From assembly GCA_963804645.1 (NCBI GenBank), contig CAWDRG010000010.1, positions 128,001-192,000 of the forward strand: DNA of 64,000 nt, given 5' to 3'. The position numbers were made by a program, and so were the translations under genes. Positions within the stretch are counted from its first letter, which is position 1. Each line of letters opens with the position of its first letter. The DNA comes from an uncultured Bacillota bacterium (GTDB lineage: Bacteria; Sysuimicrobiota; Sysuimicrobiia; Sysuimicrobiales; Segetimicrobiaceae). Positions 32,669 through 42,322 of this stretch are shown in pieces. The notes beneath the pieces are model-generated. The model did no database searches, was not told the origin of the DNA, and saw nothing but the letters and a program-made list of their open reading frames with translations.

Positions 32669-33717
32669 CGCGCGCGCATCCGAAACGTCCCGGTCCACAC
32701 GTTCAGGATCATCGCCGCCACGATCGCAGCCCCAAGATAGATGTCCGACTGCGTCGCCTGGGCCCCGATCAGCACCAGTCCGTTGTTCAGCGCGGCGACG
32801 ACGAACGCGCCGAGCAGCGTCCCGATGGCCGTCCCGGACCCGCCGAACAGCGACGTCCCGCCGATCACCGCGGCGGCGATCGCCTGGAGGGTCAGCCCGC
32901 TGCCTCCGGCGATCGGGTCCGCGGAGGTGTACTGGACGGCGTTGATGATGCCGATCAGCGCCGCCAGCCCTCCGGCGATCATGAAGTTCGCGATTTTCGT
33001 ACGCTCCACGTGCACACCGATCTCCCGGGCCCCGGTCATGTTGCTGCCGGTCGCGATGGTGTGCAGGCCGAACGTCGTCCAGCGCAGGGTCACGGCAACC
33101 GCGCACGCGGCGGCGAACGCCCACAGGAACGGCGTAAACGCGGTGAGCGTGTGGAACGACCACAACGGCGTGGTGGGCGAGTACAGGTTTTCACCGAAGA
33201 TCGCGTTGAACGGTTCCTGCACGAGCGTCGCGACCGGCTGGCTGTGGGCGAGGGTCACCGCCAGTCCGGAGACAAAGAACAGCGTCCCGAGCGTGGCGAT
33301 CAGCGACGGCACCCGGAAGCGCACGGTGATCACGCCGTTGACGAACCCGATGGCGACGCCGATCAGGAGGCCGACGAACGCCCCGAGGATCAAGGGCTGG
33401 CCGCTGCCGGCGATCAGGTTCATAACGACCGGGGCGAGCGCGAACGTGCTGCCGGCCGACAGGTCGATCTCGCCGGTGATCATGAGCAGCGTCTCGCCGA
33501 TGGCGATCAAGGCGATCTCGCCGGCGTCGCGCAGCACGACGCTGAGCTCGGCGGTGGTCAGAAACGCGGGATTGCGCGCCTGGAAGTACGCGACCAACAC
33601 GAGGGCCACCAGCGCGATGCTGGCTTCTCGATACCGTGCCAGGACGGCCAGCACGGCCCGCGCCGCCGCCCCGAACGGCGCGTCCTGCGGCGTCGGTTCG
33701 GGCACGCCCGCGCTCAT
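32665..33717 (-). CDS. Monosaccharide ABC transporter permease (RbsC-like)
   Basis: GEIDLS, IAAAVIGGTSLFGGSG. Confidence 0.9.
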   Translation of the reverse strand: MSAGVPEPTPQDAPFGAAARAVLAVLARYREASIALVALVLVAYFQARNPAFLTTAELSVVLRDAGEIALIAIGETLLMITGEIDLSAGSTFALAPVVMNLIAGSGQPLILGAFVGLLIGVAIGFVNGVITVRFRVPSLIATLGTLFFVSGLAVTLAHSQPVATLVQEPFNAIFGENLYSPTTPLWSFHTLTAFTPFLWAFAAACAVAVTLRWTTFGLHTIATGSNMTGAREIGVHVERTKIANFMIAGGLAALIGIINAVQYTSADPIAGGSGLTLQAIAAAVIGGTSLFGGSGTAIGTLLGAFVVAALNNGLVLIGAQATQSDIYLGAAIVAAMILNVWTGTFRMRAR

Positions 33718-33812
33718 GGACGACCGCGGCCCGTCAGCGTCGCGTCACTCCGCCCGTCGGCGATCTACGCCGCGCGCGCGGGTGGCGAGGACCGGCGATC
33801 CATCTCGACGGC

Positions 33813-34901
33813 CTACTTGGGCGCCGCCGTCGTGCTGCCCTCGAACCGGCTGGACCCCGACAGGTATGGCCCGACCGTCTGCTTGGTCACGAACCGAAGC
33901 CCGGTGTCCGTATCCGAGGGGAACATCAAGCCGCCGGACAGCTTGTACAGGTACAACTGCACGGCGGGATAAAAGCCCTGCAGGTACGGCTGCTGATCGA
34001 TCGTGAAGTCCAAGAATCCCTGGTTGATCAGGGTCAGCGTATCCGGCAGGAGATCGTACCCGCCCCCGGTCACGCCGCTTGCCGCGAGGTTGTACTTCTT
34101 CATCACCATCGCGACGGCGAGCGTGTCGCTGCCGCCCGTCGCAAACAGGCCCTTCACGGTCTTGTGGCTCAGATAGTAGCTTTCGATCCTCGAGAGCTCC
34201 TGTTGGGACTGCGGCCCCGCGTTGAGCACGTCGTAGGTCACCGGGCTGCCGGCTTCCTTGATGGCGGCGATGTTTCCGTCCAGGCGCGGTTGGAGGTTCA
34301 GCGAGCCCGGGGTGTCGATCGCCAGCATCACGTGGCTGCCCTTCGGCACCGACTTCAGCCAGCGGCGTCCCATCGTCAGGCCCGACTGGTACAGATCCTG
34401 GCCCACGTAGGCCAGGCGCTGGTTCCCGCTGGTCGCCGGGGCGTCCGAGTTGTACGCGACGACGGGAATACCCGCCGCCACCGCGTCGGCAATCGGCTTG
34501 TTGAACGCCGTCGGGTCGACGATCGACACGGCAATGCCGTCGACTTTCGCGGCGGTGGCGGTTTGAATCGCGGAGACCATCTCCGACACGACGGCGTTCT
34601 GCGATCCCGTCCACTGATAGGAACACCCCAGCATCGCGCACGCGTCCTGGACGCCGTAGATCGTGGGCGTAAAGAACGGGTTCGTGGTGACGTGGTTCAC
34701 GAACACGAATTTGTAGGCCTTCTTCGGGAGGTCCGGTGCGGCTAGCGCGGCGGGGACCCCGCTCGCGAGACCCGTCGCGACACCGGCGGCCAGCGCGGCA
34801 CCGCCGAACCCGGCCCTGGCCGCAGCGGCAAGCATCCGCCGGCGATTCACCGCCAGTGTGGCGCCCTCGGATTGCGGTCTGCCATTACGCATCCGGTCCA
34901 T
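33813..34901 (-). CDS. Sugar ABC transporter substrate-binding protein, Tat signal
   Basis: NRRRML twin-arginine motif; HVTTNPFF; DQQPYLQG. Confidence 0.9.
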   Translation of the reverse strand: MDRMRNGRPQSEGATLAVNRRRMLAAAARAGFGGAALAAGVATGLASGVPAALAAPDLPKKAYKFVFVNHVTTNPFFTPTIYGVQDACAMLGCSYQWTGSQNAVVSEMVSAIQTATAAKVDGIAVSIVDPTAFNKPIADAVAAGIPVVAYNSDAPATSGNQRLAYVGQDLYQSGLTMGRRWLKSVPKGSHVMLAIDTPGSLNLQPRLDGNIAAIKEAGSPVTYDVLNAGPQSQQELSRIESYYLSHKTVKGLFATGGSDTLAVAMVMKKYNLAASGVTGGGYDLLPDTLTLINQGFLDFTIDQQPYLQGFYPAVQLYLYKLSGGLMFPSDTDTGLRFVTKQTVGPYLSGSSRFEGSTTAAPK

Positions 34902-35309
34902 CGCTACACCCCCTGCGCTCTGAACTGCCACTGCCCACGCGATCGTCACCGCTCGGTCCCGTCGAGATGGCCGGCACACTGCCAGCATCCGCCGAGAGAG
35001 CATATGCGACGCTCCGGACGGCGCCGCCTCCACGCGTGTACTCGTTCGCCGGGTCGGGGTCGCTACCCTGGCCCTCAATCCATCCCGTGGCGGCACCGTT
35101 CGGGTACCGGTTGGCTCATCGGCTCCGGACGTTTCGCGAGCGCGCGATCGACCGCGTGCACGGTTCTGATCGTGCGCGCCCTGGCCGTCGCCCGTCGGCG
35201 TCACCCGCGGTCGAGACTCGGGAAGCGATGCCCACCATGCCCGGTCTCCTCGGTCGTCACGAAACGCGGGCCGTCCTGACGCACGCCTCTATGGGGCTCG
35301 CAGCAGGTG

Positions 35310-36014
35310 CTAGACCGTGTTCACCAATCGCGGCAAACGCTTGCGCAATCGTTCCGGATCCAGCACCTCCACCACACCCCGTCGGCGGCGCACGAATCCT
35401 TCGCGGGCGAGAATCCGAAGCCACCGGTTGATGCTCTCCCGCGTCCCGCCCACGAGTTCGGCCAGTTCCTCCTGCGTCAGCCGGGGGGCGCTTACGACGC
35501 CGTCCGGATCAAGCCGCTCCCTATCCCCCACTTGCGCAAGCCGGAGGAGGACCTTCGTCAAGCGGGTTGGACCATCGAGAAACACCGCGTCGTGTGTCAG
35601 ATCAGTGGTGCGCCGCAACCGGCGGCTCAATGCGGCCAGCAGGGGAGCGACCGCGTTCGGGTGGCTGCCCAAGAACCTCAGGAGGTCCACTCGCTCCAGG
35701 ACGAGGAGCTTGGAGGGGCTCCGTGCCACCGCCGTGGCCGATCGCATGCCACCGTCCAGCAGCGCAAGCTCGCCGAAGAATCCGCCCGATCCGAGCAAGG
35801 CCAGGATGACTTCCTTTCCATCGGGGGAAAGGAGTGTCAATTTCACTTCACCGTCTTGGATGAGGTACAGGGTGGTTCCGGGATCGCCCTCGGAAAAGAT
35901 CACCGCCCCCTTCCGATAGGGATGAGACCGGAAGAACGCCGCGAGAGCATCACACTCAGCGCTCGATAATCCGCCAAAAAGGGGCGTCTCCGCGAGAATC
36001 ATCCGGACGGACAT
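35310..36014 (-). CDS. Crp/Fnr family transcriptional regulator
   Basis: cNMP-binding GELALLDGGMRSATA; HTH TQEELAELVGGTRESINRWL. Confidence 0.93.
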   Translation of the reverse strand: MSVRMILAETPLFGGLSSAECDALAAFFRSHPYRKGAVIFSEGDPGTTLYLIQDGEVKLTLLSPDGKEVILALLGSGGFFGELALLDGGMRSATAVARSPSKLLVLERVDLLRFLGSHPNAVAPLLAALSRRLRRTTDLTHDAVFLDGPTRLTKVLLRLAQVGDRERLDPDGVVSAPRLTQEELAELVGGTRESINRWLRILAREGFVRRRRGVVEVLDPERLRKRLPRLVNTV

Positions 36015-36139
36015 TTCCCCTCCCCGCCCTGTCCGGCGTATCTTTCGATGACACACCGCGCGTGACACAAGCACGCGGGTTTCCGGTCGAGACAGGGGCG
36101 GTTTCCGAATCTAGTATCATGCGCCTGCACATCCGTCAC

Positions 36140-36204
36140 CGTGACGGAGATCACACCGCGAGGTGATGTGGATCAACACCAGTTTCCACACGGTCGAGTA
36201 CGAT
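36140..36204 (+). promoter_or_regulatory. Tandem CRP/FNR-type boxes plus -10 element
   Basis: CGTGA-cggaga-TCACA (36140-36155), GGTGA-tgtgga-TCAAC (36161-36176), TACGAT (36199-36204). Confidence 0.75.
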
Positions 36205-36236
36205 GGGCACGATCTCAAACGAAAGGAGGAAACCAC

Positions 36237-36431
36237 ATGCTGCGGTCATGGAAGGCGATAGCAAGCGCAGTGGCGATGCTTGCCCTGGGAACCGCGTGGA
36301 GTTTAGCAGCAGGTGCCGCCGTGGCGGAAGACGACACGCAGATCCTGATGCCACAGACTCCGATGCCCATCCCTGTGAGCCTACCGTCGTTGATCTCTGG
36401 CGCTACGGCGTATGATGTGCTGCCGCAATGA
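36237..36431 (+). CDS. Small secreted peptide (64 aa), paralog 1
   Basis: AAAGGAGG RBS; MLRSWKAIASAVAMLALGTAWSLAAGAAVA|EDD; signal region similar to 36930. Confidence 0.75.
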   Translation: MLRSWKAIASAVAMLALGTAWSLAAGAAVAEDDTQILMPQTPMPIPVSLPSLISGATAYDVLPQ

Positions 36432-36828
36432 GTCCAGACGTTGGCGAGGCAACGCTGCGCCCGCCGCGGCGGGCGCAGCTAGCCCCAACGCCAACAGCGC
36501 GAATCTCCGATCCCCGGAGATTACGGGAGTCGCCTCGATGCTCAACGCTTTGATCACGGCCGCACCCCCTCTTCTCCGCTAGTGGAACAAGTCGCACTCC
36601 TACGCTAAGAAGTTGGAGCGACGTCGGTCTGGACCGCGTCACCAGCTCCTCGCCCAGGTCCCGCTGACCACGTGACATCGAACATGCTGACGTTCCGACG
36701 TTCATCGCCGGCGTCGCCTCGGTGAAACCGGCCTGTGACAACTTCGCAGGCGACCGGCACATCGCTGGACGCCGCGTGCACCGTTGGGTTGGGAACGGAT
36801 CTTTCTATTCTCGACACGGCTGATCCAA

Positions 36829-36893
36829 TGTGCGCAACATCACGTCCGTGTGTGACGCCGGTCAACGTGGCTTTCCGCAGTTTCAAGTACGAT
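36829..36893 (+). promoter_or_regulatory. Tandem CRP/FNR-type boxes plus -10 element
   Basis: TGTGC-gcaaca-TCACG (36829-36844), TGTGA-cgccgg-TCAAC (36851-36866), TACGAT (36888-36893). Confidence 0.75.
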
Positions 36894-36929
36894 GATCCCG
36901 CAGCAAAAAAACGTAAGGAGGCGATGACA

Positions 36930-37124
36930 ATGGAGCGGACGTGGAAGGCAGTGTGCAGCGTGCTGGCTCTGGTCACGGTTGGGGCGGTCCTGGCGCTGGC
37001 GCCGGGGGCGGCGCTGGCTGAGGACGCCAGCGCCAATGGCAACGGAATCGGCGTGGCGAGCGGCGGCGTCACCCTCGATCCCGCCACCCAGGTCGGGAAC
37101 GCGCAGGGCGACCACGGGCAGTAA
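36930..37124 (+). CDS. Small secreted peptide (64 aa), paralog 2
   Basis: AAGGAGG RBS; MERTWKAVCSVLALVTVGAVLALAPGAALA|EDA. Confidence 0.75.
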   Translation: MERTWKAVCSVLALVTVGAVLALAPGAALAEDASANGNGIGVASGGVTLDPATQVGNAQGDHGQ

Positions 37125-37564
37125 GCGGGTGGGGCAGCCGGAGATTGCGCAACACGGATGCTCGATCACGCGAATAGGCACAGCCGGGCGGAGTTGGTCT
37201 CGTCGCCCGGCTGTGCCACGTGAGGGCGTCATCGTCGAGAGCACCACCGGCCCCTTGGCCCTTAGTCACTCGCAGCAGCCTGCGGATCGTCCTTCCCGCG
37301 TCCACTGAGTATCCCGGTCGTCGCACCCCGCCGTCCTGCGGACATGCTGGACCCGTACCCCAATGGCGCCGCCACAGGATGGGGTGAGGGCCTGGACAGC
37401 GACCCCGGCCCGGCGAATGAGTGCACCTCGACAGAACCGAGCGGTTGGGAAGCGCTGGATGGTTCGTGTTGGCCGGTACGAGTGTGATGAAGCGGTTGCC
37501 CGCCCCACGTCGCAGGGCGGGCTAGTGTTCGCCAACCCCTCGCGACCCAACCGATCCCTCGCCG

Positions 37565-38377
37565 TCACACGCGGTCGACACGTGGAAAGCGGTCTACGGG
37601 AAAGATGTCGACGGTCGCCGATCGCTGCTGCACCAGCAGCCCGCCGTCGACGACCAGCAGATGTCCGGTGATGTACCGCGCGTCGTCGCTGGCGAGAAAC
37701 ACGGCGGGGCCCCCCAGGTCGCTCGCGTCTCCGACGCGTCCGAGCGGAATGTTCTCGCCGCGAGCCGTCCGGGTCTCGCGGTTCATCCCGCCGTTATCGA
37801 TCGAACCCGGGACCAGCGCATTCACCCGGATTCCGTACGGGGCCAGATCCAGCGCCATGGCGCGGGTCAGCGCCTCCACCCCGCCCTTCGCGGCATCGTA
37901 CGCCGCGTTTCCGCGATGCGCGCGGGACGCGCCGCCGCTCGACAGGTTAATGATGACCCCGGCGCCCTTCCGCGCCATGATCTGCGCCGCGGTGAACCCA
38001 CAGAGAAAGACGCTCCGGAGGTTCACCGCGATGATCCGGTCCCACCACGCCGCATCGCCGTCCAGAAAGTGGCGCATGGTGTCGACGAGGGCGGCGTTGT
38101 TGACGAGCACATCGACGGTCCCGAAGCGCTGGACCGCCGTGCTGAACAGACGCTCCACCTGCGAAGCATCCGAGACATCGGCGGCCACCGCGATGGCCGA
38201 GCCGCCTGCCGCCGCGAGCGTTTGGACAACGGCCTCGGCGCCCGCCCCGTTGATGTCGTTCACCACGACGTGCGCGCCTTCCCGAGCAAATCGCTCCGCG
38301 ATCGCGCGCCCGATACCGCCGGCCGCTCCCGTGACGACCACGGTTTTTCCAGACACCGTCCCGTTCGACGTCGTCAC
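37565..38377 (-). CDS. SDR family oxidoreductase
   Basis: TGAAGGIG, NNAA, YDAAK. Confidence 0.92.
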   Translation of the reverse strand: MTTSNGTVSGKTVVVTGAAGGIGRAIAERFAREGAHVVVNDINGAGAEAVVQTLAAAGGSAIAVAADVSDASQVERLFSTAVQRFGTVDVLVNNAALVDTMRHFLDGDAAWWDRIIAVNLRSVFLCGFTAAQIMARKGAGVIINLSSGGASRAHRGNAAYDAAKGGVEALTRAMALDLAPYGIRVNALVPGSIDNGGMNRETRTARGENIPLGRVGDASDLGGPAVFLASDDARYITGHLLVVDGGLLVQQRSATVDIFPVDRFPRVDRV

Positions 38378-38815
38378 GGGAGCGCCAGCTCACCCAGAAC
38401 GTCGGGGGTCGATACTGTCACCGATCCTCCCGGACACCGCGTCCCCAGGCGGCCACCAGCACGCGGGGCACGCTCCAAATCACGTAGCAGGCGTTGTAGC
38501 CGATCAAGGCTGCCAACACGAGCAGCAGGGACGATGGTCAAGTCGCGCACATCCCGCGGTCCTTCAACTTCTTCCAGGTCAGCGGCTGTCTGAACACGTC
38601 CCACACCTCCAAGAACGCCCCGCGCGTCCAGATGCACCTTCTCTTCCCCCTCATAGGATCCTTGCCTGTGCGTCGTGTCAAGCCGAATCGCGTGTACGTG
38701 GGAGACGGCGTTTCCGTCGACCCGGCTCCGCGGAATCCATACGTCGCCCGATAGACGCAAGAGGGTTCAAGCTGTACGTTCAGGGTGGAAACTAGCGCAC
38801 GGGTCGCGTGTACCT

Positions 38816-38902
38816 CCAGCCGATAAGAGCAACCCCCAGCGGCGCGGGGGACGCAAAGCCTACGGGGCCCGATCGTGGGTCAGCCGAGGCTGCCGAAGCT
38901 GG
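38816..38902 (+). ncRNA. GEMM-I (c-di-GMP-I class) riboswitch, A20 variant
   Basis: CCAGCCGATAAGAGCAA-P2-GGACGCAAAGCC-P3-CAGCCGAGGCTGCCGAAGCTGG; P1 CCAGC/GCTGG. Confidence 0.85.
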
Positions 38903-38928
38903 GCAATCGTGTCCGGCTTTTTGCATTT
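38896..38928 (+). terminator. Intrinsic terminator overlapping the riboswitch P1 3' strand
   Basis: AAGCTGGGCA-atcg-TGTCCGGCTT followed by TTTGCATTT. Confidence 0.7.
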
Positions 38929-39076
38929 GTGGAGGAGGAGCTGGAGGAATGACAGCAGGCGGCGTGTTGCGACGGCTGAATTGCCTGGCCAGGCCGGCGT
39001 GCCCAGCGCGGGGACTGAGTGCCTCGGCGCCGACCGAGTGTCGGCCGTATGCGAAGCGCTGCGGGAGGGATCGACG

Positions 39077-39619
39077 ATGCATGCAAGATCGAAGTCGAAG
39101 CTCGCAACCGGCGTTGTGATCGGGATTTGCGTCTTACTGTGGGCCACTCCTCTCGCCGGTCAAGCCCGGGAAGATTGGCCGATCACGGAGACACAAGGAA
39201 TACTTGCGACCGTGGACCTTGCAGGCATGACGGCAACACTCAGTACGCCCGCCGGGCCGCAAGTGTATACGCTGGCATCGATGACCGCCGTGCGTGTGGG
39301 TGGGGAAACGGAGACCCTCGGTGCGCTGCCATCGTTTATCGGTGCCGGGGCGGTGGTGCTGTCGACGACCGTCGGCGGGGCCGCGATTGCGGGGCGCGTG
39401 GATATTCTGGTCTTCCCTGCGGCCGGGACCGTGGGCACGGATACCGGAGGAGCCACCGGCCAAGAGGGTGGGCCAGGCGGCTCGAGCGGGTCCAGCGGCG
39501 CGCGCGTCGGACCCTGCTCGGAGTGCGGCAGCGCAGCGGGGACGGGTCCAGGCGGAGCCGGTGGCGGCGGCAACCGCAGCGGCAACGGCGGTGTTAATGA
39601 AGGCGGCGGTCGGCCATAA
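39077..39619 (+). CDS. Secreted protein of unknown function with Gly-rich tail; paralog of 52347-54125
   Basis: GGGAGG RBS; signal peptide ending [23 protein letters not shown]...DILVFP domain; VGPCSEC. Confidence 0.8.
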   Translation: MHARSKSKLATGVVIGICVLLWATPLAGQAREDWPITETQGILATVDLAGMTATLSTPAGPQVYTLASMTAVRVGGETETLGALPSFIGAGAVVLSTTVGGAAIAGRVDILVFPAAGTVGTDTGGATGQEGGPGGSSGSSGARVGPCSECGSAAGTGPGGAGGGGNRSGNGGVNEGGGRP

Positions 39620-39944
39620 CGACGACGCTCGCGAAGACGGTGACATCTGAGGCGATGGCCTCATCGATGAGACATTCACCATTGCGGAGGTCGGTCAGCA
39701 AGAGTTCGAGGCGTTGACGTAGAGGGTACGGGCCGGAGATCTCTTCGACCCACAGAGGCGACGGACTAGTGTCTGTCGCCTCTGGCGCATCGCGAGGTTC
39801 GCGCGGCGGCGGCGCGGCCCCCGCCGCCGCCGTACCCTACCGGCTAGGCGGCCCGCCATATGGGTATGGACATTTTGGCCCCATCGTGGCATTCTACGCT
39901 GGACGGTCTTGGAAGGTCTGACCGAGCCGACTGAGCGCTCGGGA

Positions 39945-40037
39945 CGTTCCTTCCGAAAGAGCAAACCTGGGGCAACCTAGGGACGCAAAGTCACGGGACC
40001 CTCGACTGAGGGCCAGCCGGATTGCCGAGGAGGAACG
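39945..40037 (+). ncRNA. GEMM-I riboswitch, A20 variant, overlapping the SD of the CAP gene
   Basis: CCGAAAGAGCAAACCTGGG-GCAA-CCTAGGGACGCAAAGTC...CAGCCGGATTGCCGAGGAGGAACG; 5' CGTTCCTTC can pair with GGAGGAACG. Confidence 0.88.
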
Positions 40038-40039
40038 GG

Positions 40040-40573
40040 ATGACGCACCGCCCGCCATCCACCGCACGGAGTGTGTTCCTCATAGTCGCGGCTCTCGCGA
40101 TCGGCGCGATCCCCCAGTCTTCGTCGGCCCAGATCCCGCCGAGTGCGGGAACCGCGATCGTGCGGACCGGCAGCGCGGCCACCACGTATGAGTATCTTAC
40201 TTCGGACGAGAACAAGCTGCTTACCCTGGTCAACGACGTTCGTGCGCAGCATCATCTGGGTCCACTCGCCATGAATCCGTCCCTGCGCCAAGTCGCGCGT
40301 GACCACTCCCGGGAGATGATTCTTCAGGGGTATGTCGGACACGGCTCACCGTCGAACGAATCGTTCCTTGACCGGATGGCGCGAGTCGTCCCGGCCGGCA
40401 CGCGGGTCGGGGAGAACGTGGCCGCCGCGCAAACCGCGGAGGCGGCACATGCGGCATTTGTGGCCAGTACCTACCATCTGCAGAACATGCTGACGCCGAC
40501 GTTCCGCAGGGTGGGAATCGGCATTGCCACCGCCGGGGACGTTGTGATGGTCACGGAGGATTTTGCCGAGTAG
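40040..40573 (+). CDS. Secreted CAP (SCP/Tpx-1/Ag5/PR-1) domain protein
   Basis: Signal peptide; LVNDVRAQH, ARDHSREM, GENVA, HLQNML, VGIG. Confidence 0.9.
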   Translation: MTHRPPSTARSVFLIVAALAIGAIPQSSSAQIPPSAGTAIVRTGSAATTYEYLTSDENKLLTLVNDVRAQHHLGPLAMNPSLRQVARDHSREMILQGYVGHGSPSNESFLDRMARVVPAGTRVGENVAAAQTAEAAHAAFVASTYHLQNMLTPTFRRVGIGIATAGDVVMVTEDFAE

Positions 40574-40683
40574 CTGGCGTCTAACGCTCGTGGGGGAAAG
40601 CGCCCTCCCCATTCCAGCCTGACGCGTCGCGTTCCCCGGCTCCCGCAGCGCGAGCGTGGCTGCCCGGCGCGCCCGCGCGATTC

Positions 40684-42315
40684 CTACGTCGCCCCGCGCC
40701 GAAGATCATGCAGGTGCTTCATGACGCCGGTGCCGCCCTCGCCAAAGTATCGCGCCATGTCGAGATAGTCCCGATACAACTCCTCATAGACCCGCCTCGC
40801 CTGCCCGTCCGGGCGGTAGATCACACGCTCGGCGCTTCCCATCCGCCTGATCACCCCGGTCATGTCTGTCCCGCCGGCGGCCGCTGCGGCCGCGTAGACC
40901 GCCGCACCGACACCCGACGCGTCCGGCACCCGCGCGGCCAGGATCGGCCGTCCCGTCACGTCCGCGGTGATCTGTAGGAGCAGCGCGTTCCGCTCGGCGA
41001 GCCCGCCGCAAGCGTGCACCCCCACCACGGGCACCCCGCCGGCCTCGAACGTCTCGATGACGCGGCGGGTCCCGTACGCCGTCGACTCGAGCAGAGCCCG
41101 ATACACCTCTGCCGGCTCGGTCGTCAGTGTGAGACCCAGCACGGCACCTGAGAGGTCGGCGTCGACGAGCGGCGTGCGGCACCCGTTCCACCAATCGAGC
41201 GCGAGGAGTCCCGACGCGCCGGGAGCGAGCCGGGCGGCCTCGCCCTCAAGTCGCTCGAACACACCGGCCTCTCCATAGCGTGACGGCACGCTCGTCCGCA
41301 CGAACCACTGGAAGATGTCTCCCACAGACGCCTGCCCCGCCTCGTACCCGAACAGCCCGGGCACGATGCCGTCCTCGACCACGCCCGAGATCCCGCGGAC
41401 CGGCCGGCGCTGACCATCGATCATGAGATGGCAGGTGGATGTCCCCATGATCATAACGAGGTGTCCCGCCTCGTGCACGCCGAGCGCCGGCACCGCGGCG
41501 TGGGCGTCGATCACGGCAACCGCTATCGGCGTGCCCGCCCGCAACCCGGTGCGCGACGCCCACGGGGCCGCGAGGCCGCCGGCCCGCGTGCCCACGGGAC
41601 GCGGATCACGGCCCAGCGCACCGCGCAGGCCAGCGAGCCCGGGATCGAGCGCGCGCCAGAACTCTTCCACCGGGTACCCCGCGTCCTTCTGCCAGTGGGC
41701 TTTGTAGCCCGCCTGGCAGGCGCTCCGCGTTTCGGCGCCGGTCAGCTGCCACACGAGCCAGTCGCCGCCCTCGATCCACCGCGCCATCGCGCGCGACACG
41801 GACGCTGGCGCCTCAGCGAGCACCTGCCACCCCTTGGCCCACATCCACTCAGAGGACGTCTTGCCCCCGTAGAGCGCCAGAAACTCTCCGCCCGGCTGCG
41901 CGGCCATGGCGTTGATGCGATCGGCGTACGGCTGCGCCGCGTGGTGCTTCCACAGCTTGGGCCACGCGTGCGGCTCAGCCTGAAACTCCGGGACCAGGCA
42001 CAATGGGGTGCCGTCGGCGGTGGCGGGCAGCACGGTGCACGAGGTGAAGTCGATCCCGATCCCGACGATGTCCTCCGGGCGTCCCCCGGCACCCACGGCA
42101 CGCAGCAGCGTGTCCGCCGCCTCGAGCCAGTCACCCGGATGCTGCAGCGCCCAGTCCGGCGGCAGGCGGTCCGCCCGACCCGGCAGCGTCCGGTCGAGCA
42201 CGCCGTGCGGATACGCGAACGACGCGGACGCCAGCACCCGGCCGTTGTCGACGTCCACCAAGACGCCGCGCGCGGACTCGGTCCCGAAATCGATGCCGAC
42301 CGCGTGGCGGCTCAT
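40684..42315 (-). CDS. araB: Ribulokinase (FGGY family)
   Basis: GIDFGTES, GIDFTSCT, KLWKHHAAQ, DWWNGCRTP. Confidence 0.88.
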   Translation of the reverse strand: MSRHAVGIDFGTESARGVLVDVDNGRVLASASFAYPHGVLDRTLPGRADRLPPDWALQHPGDWLEAADTLLRAVGAGGRPEDIVGIGIDFTSCTVLPATADGTPLCLVPEFQAEPHAWPKLWKHHAAQPYADRINAMAAQPGGEFLALYGGKTSSEWMWAKGWQVLAEAPASVSRAMARWIEGGDWLVWQLTGAETRSACQAGYKAHWQKDAGYPVEEFWRALDPGLAGLRGALGRDPRPVGTRAGGLAAPWASRTGLRAGTPIAVAVIDAHAAVPALGVHEAGHLVMIMGTSTCHLMIDGQRRPVRGISGVVEDGIVPGLFGYEAGQASVGDIFQWFVRTSVPSRYGEAGVFERLEGEAARLAPGASGLLALDWWNGCRTPLVDADLSGAVLGLTLTTEPAEVYRALLESTAYGTRRVIETFEAGGVPVVGVHACGGLAERNALLLQITADVTGRPILAARVPDASGVGAAVYAAAAAAGGTDMTGVIRRMGSAERVIYRPDGQARRVYEELYRDYLDMARYFGEGGTGVMKHLHDLRRGAT

Positions 42316-42322
42316 GCCCTCG

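Noticed and set aside
36061..36077. Additional CRP boxes at 36061, 36733 and ~3212
   Set aside because: Half-site spacing is not N6
38374..38760. 128-aa minus-strand ORF upstream of the SDR
   Set aside because: No recognisable motif; at most a broken small membrane-protein remnant in other frames
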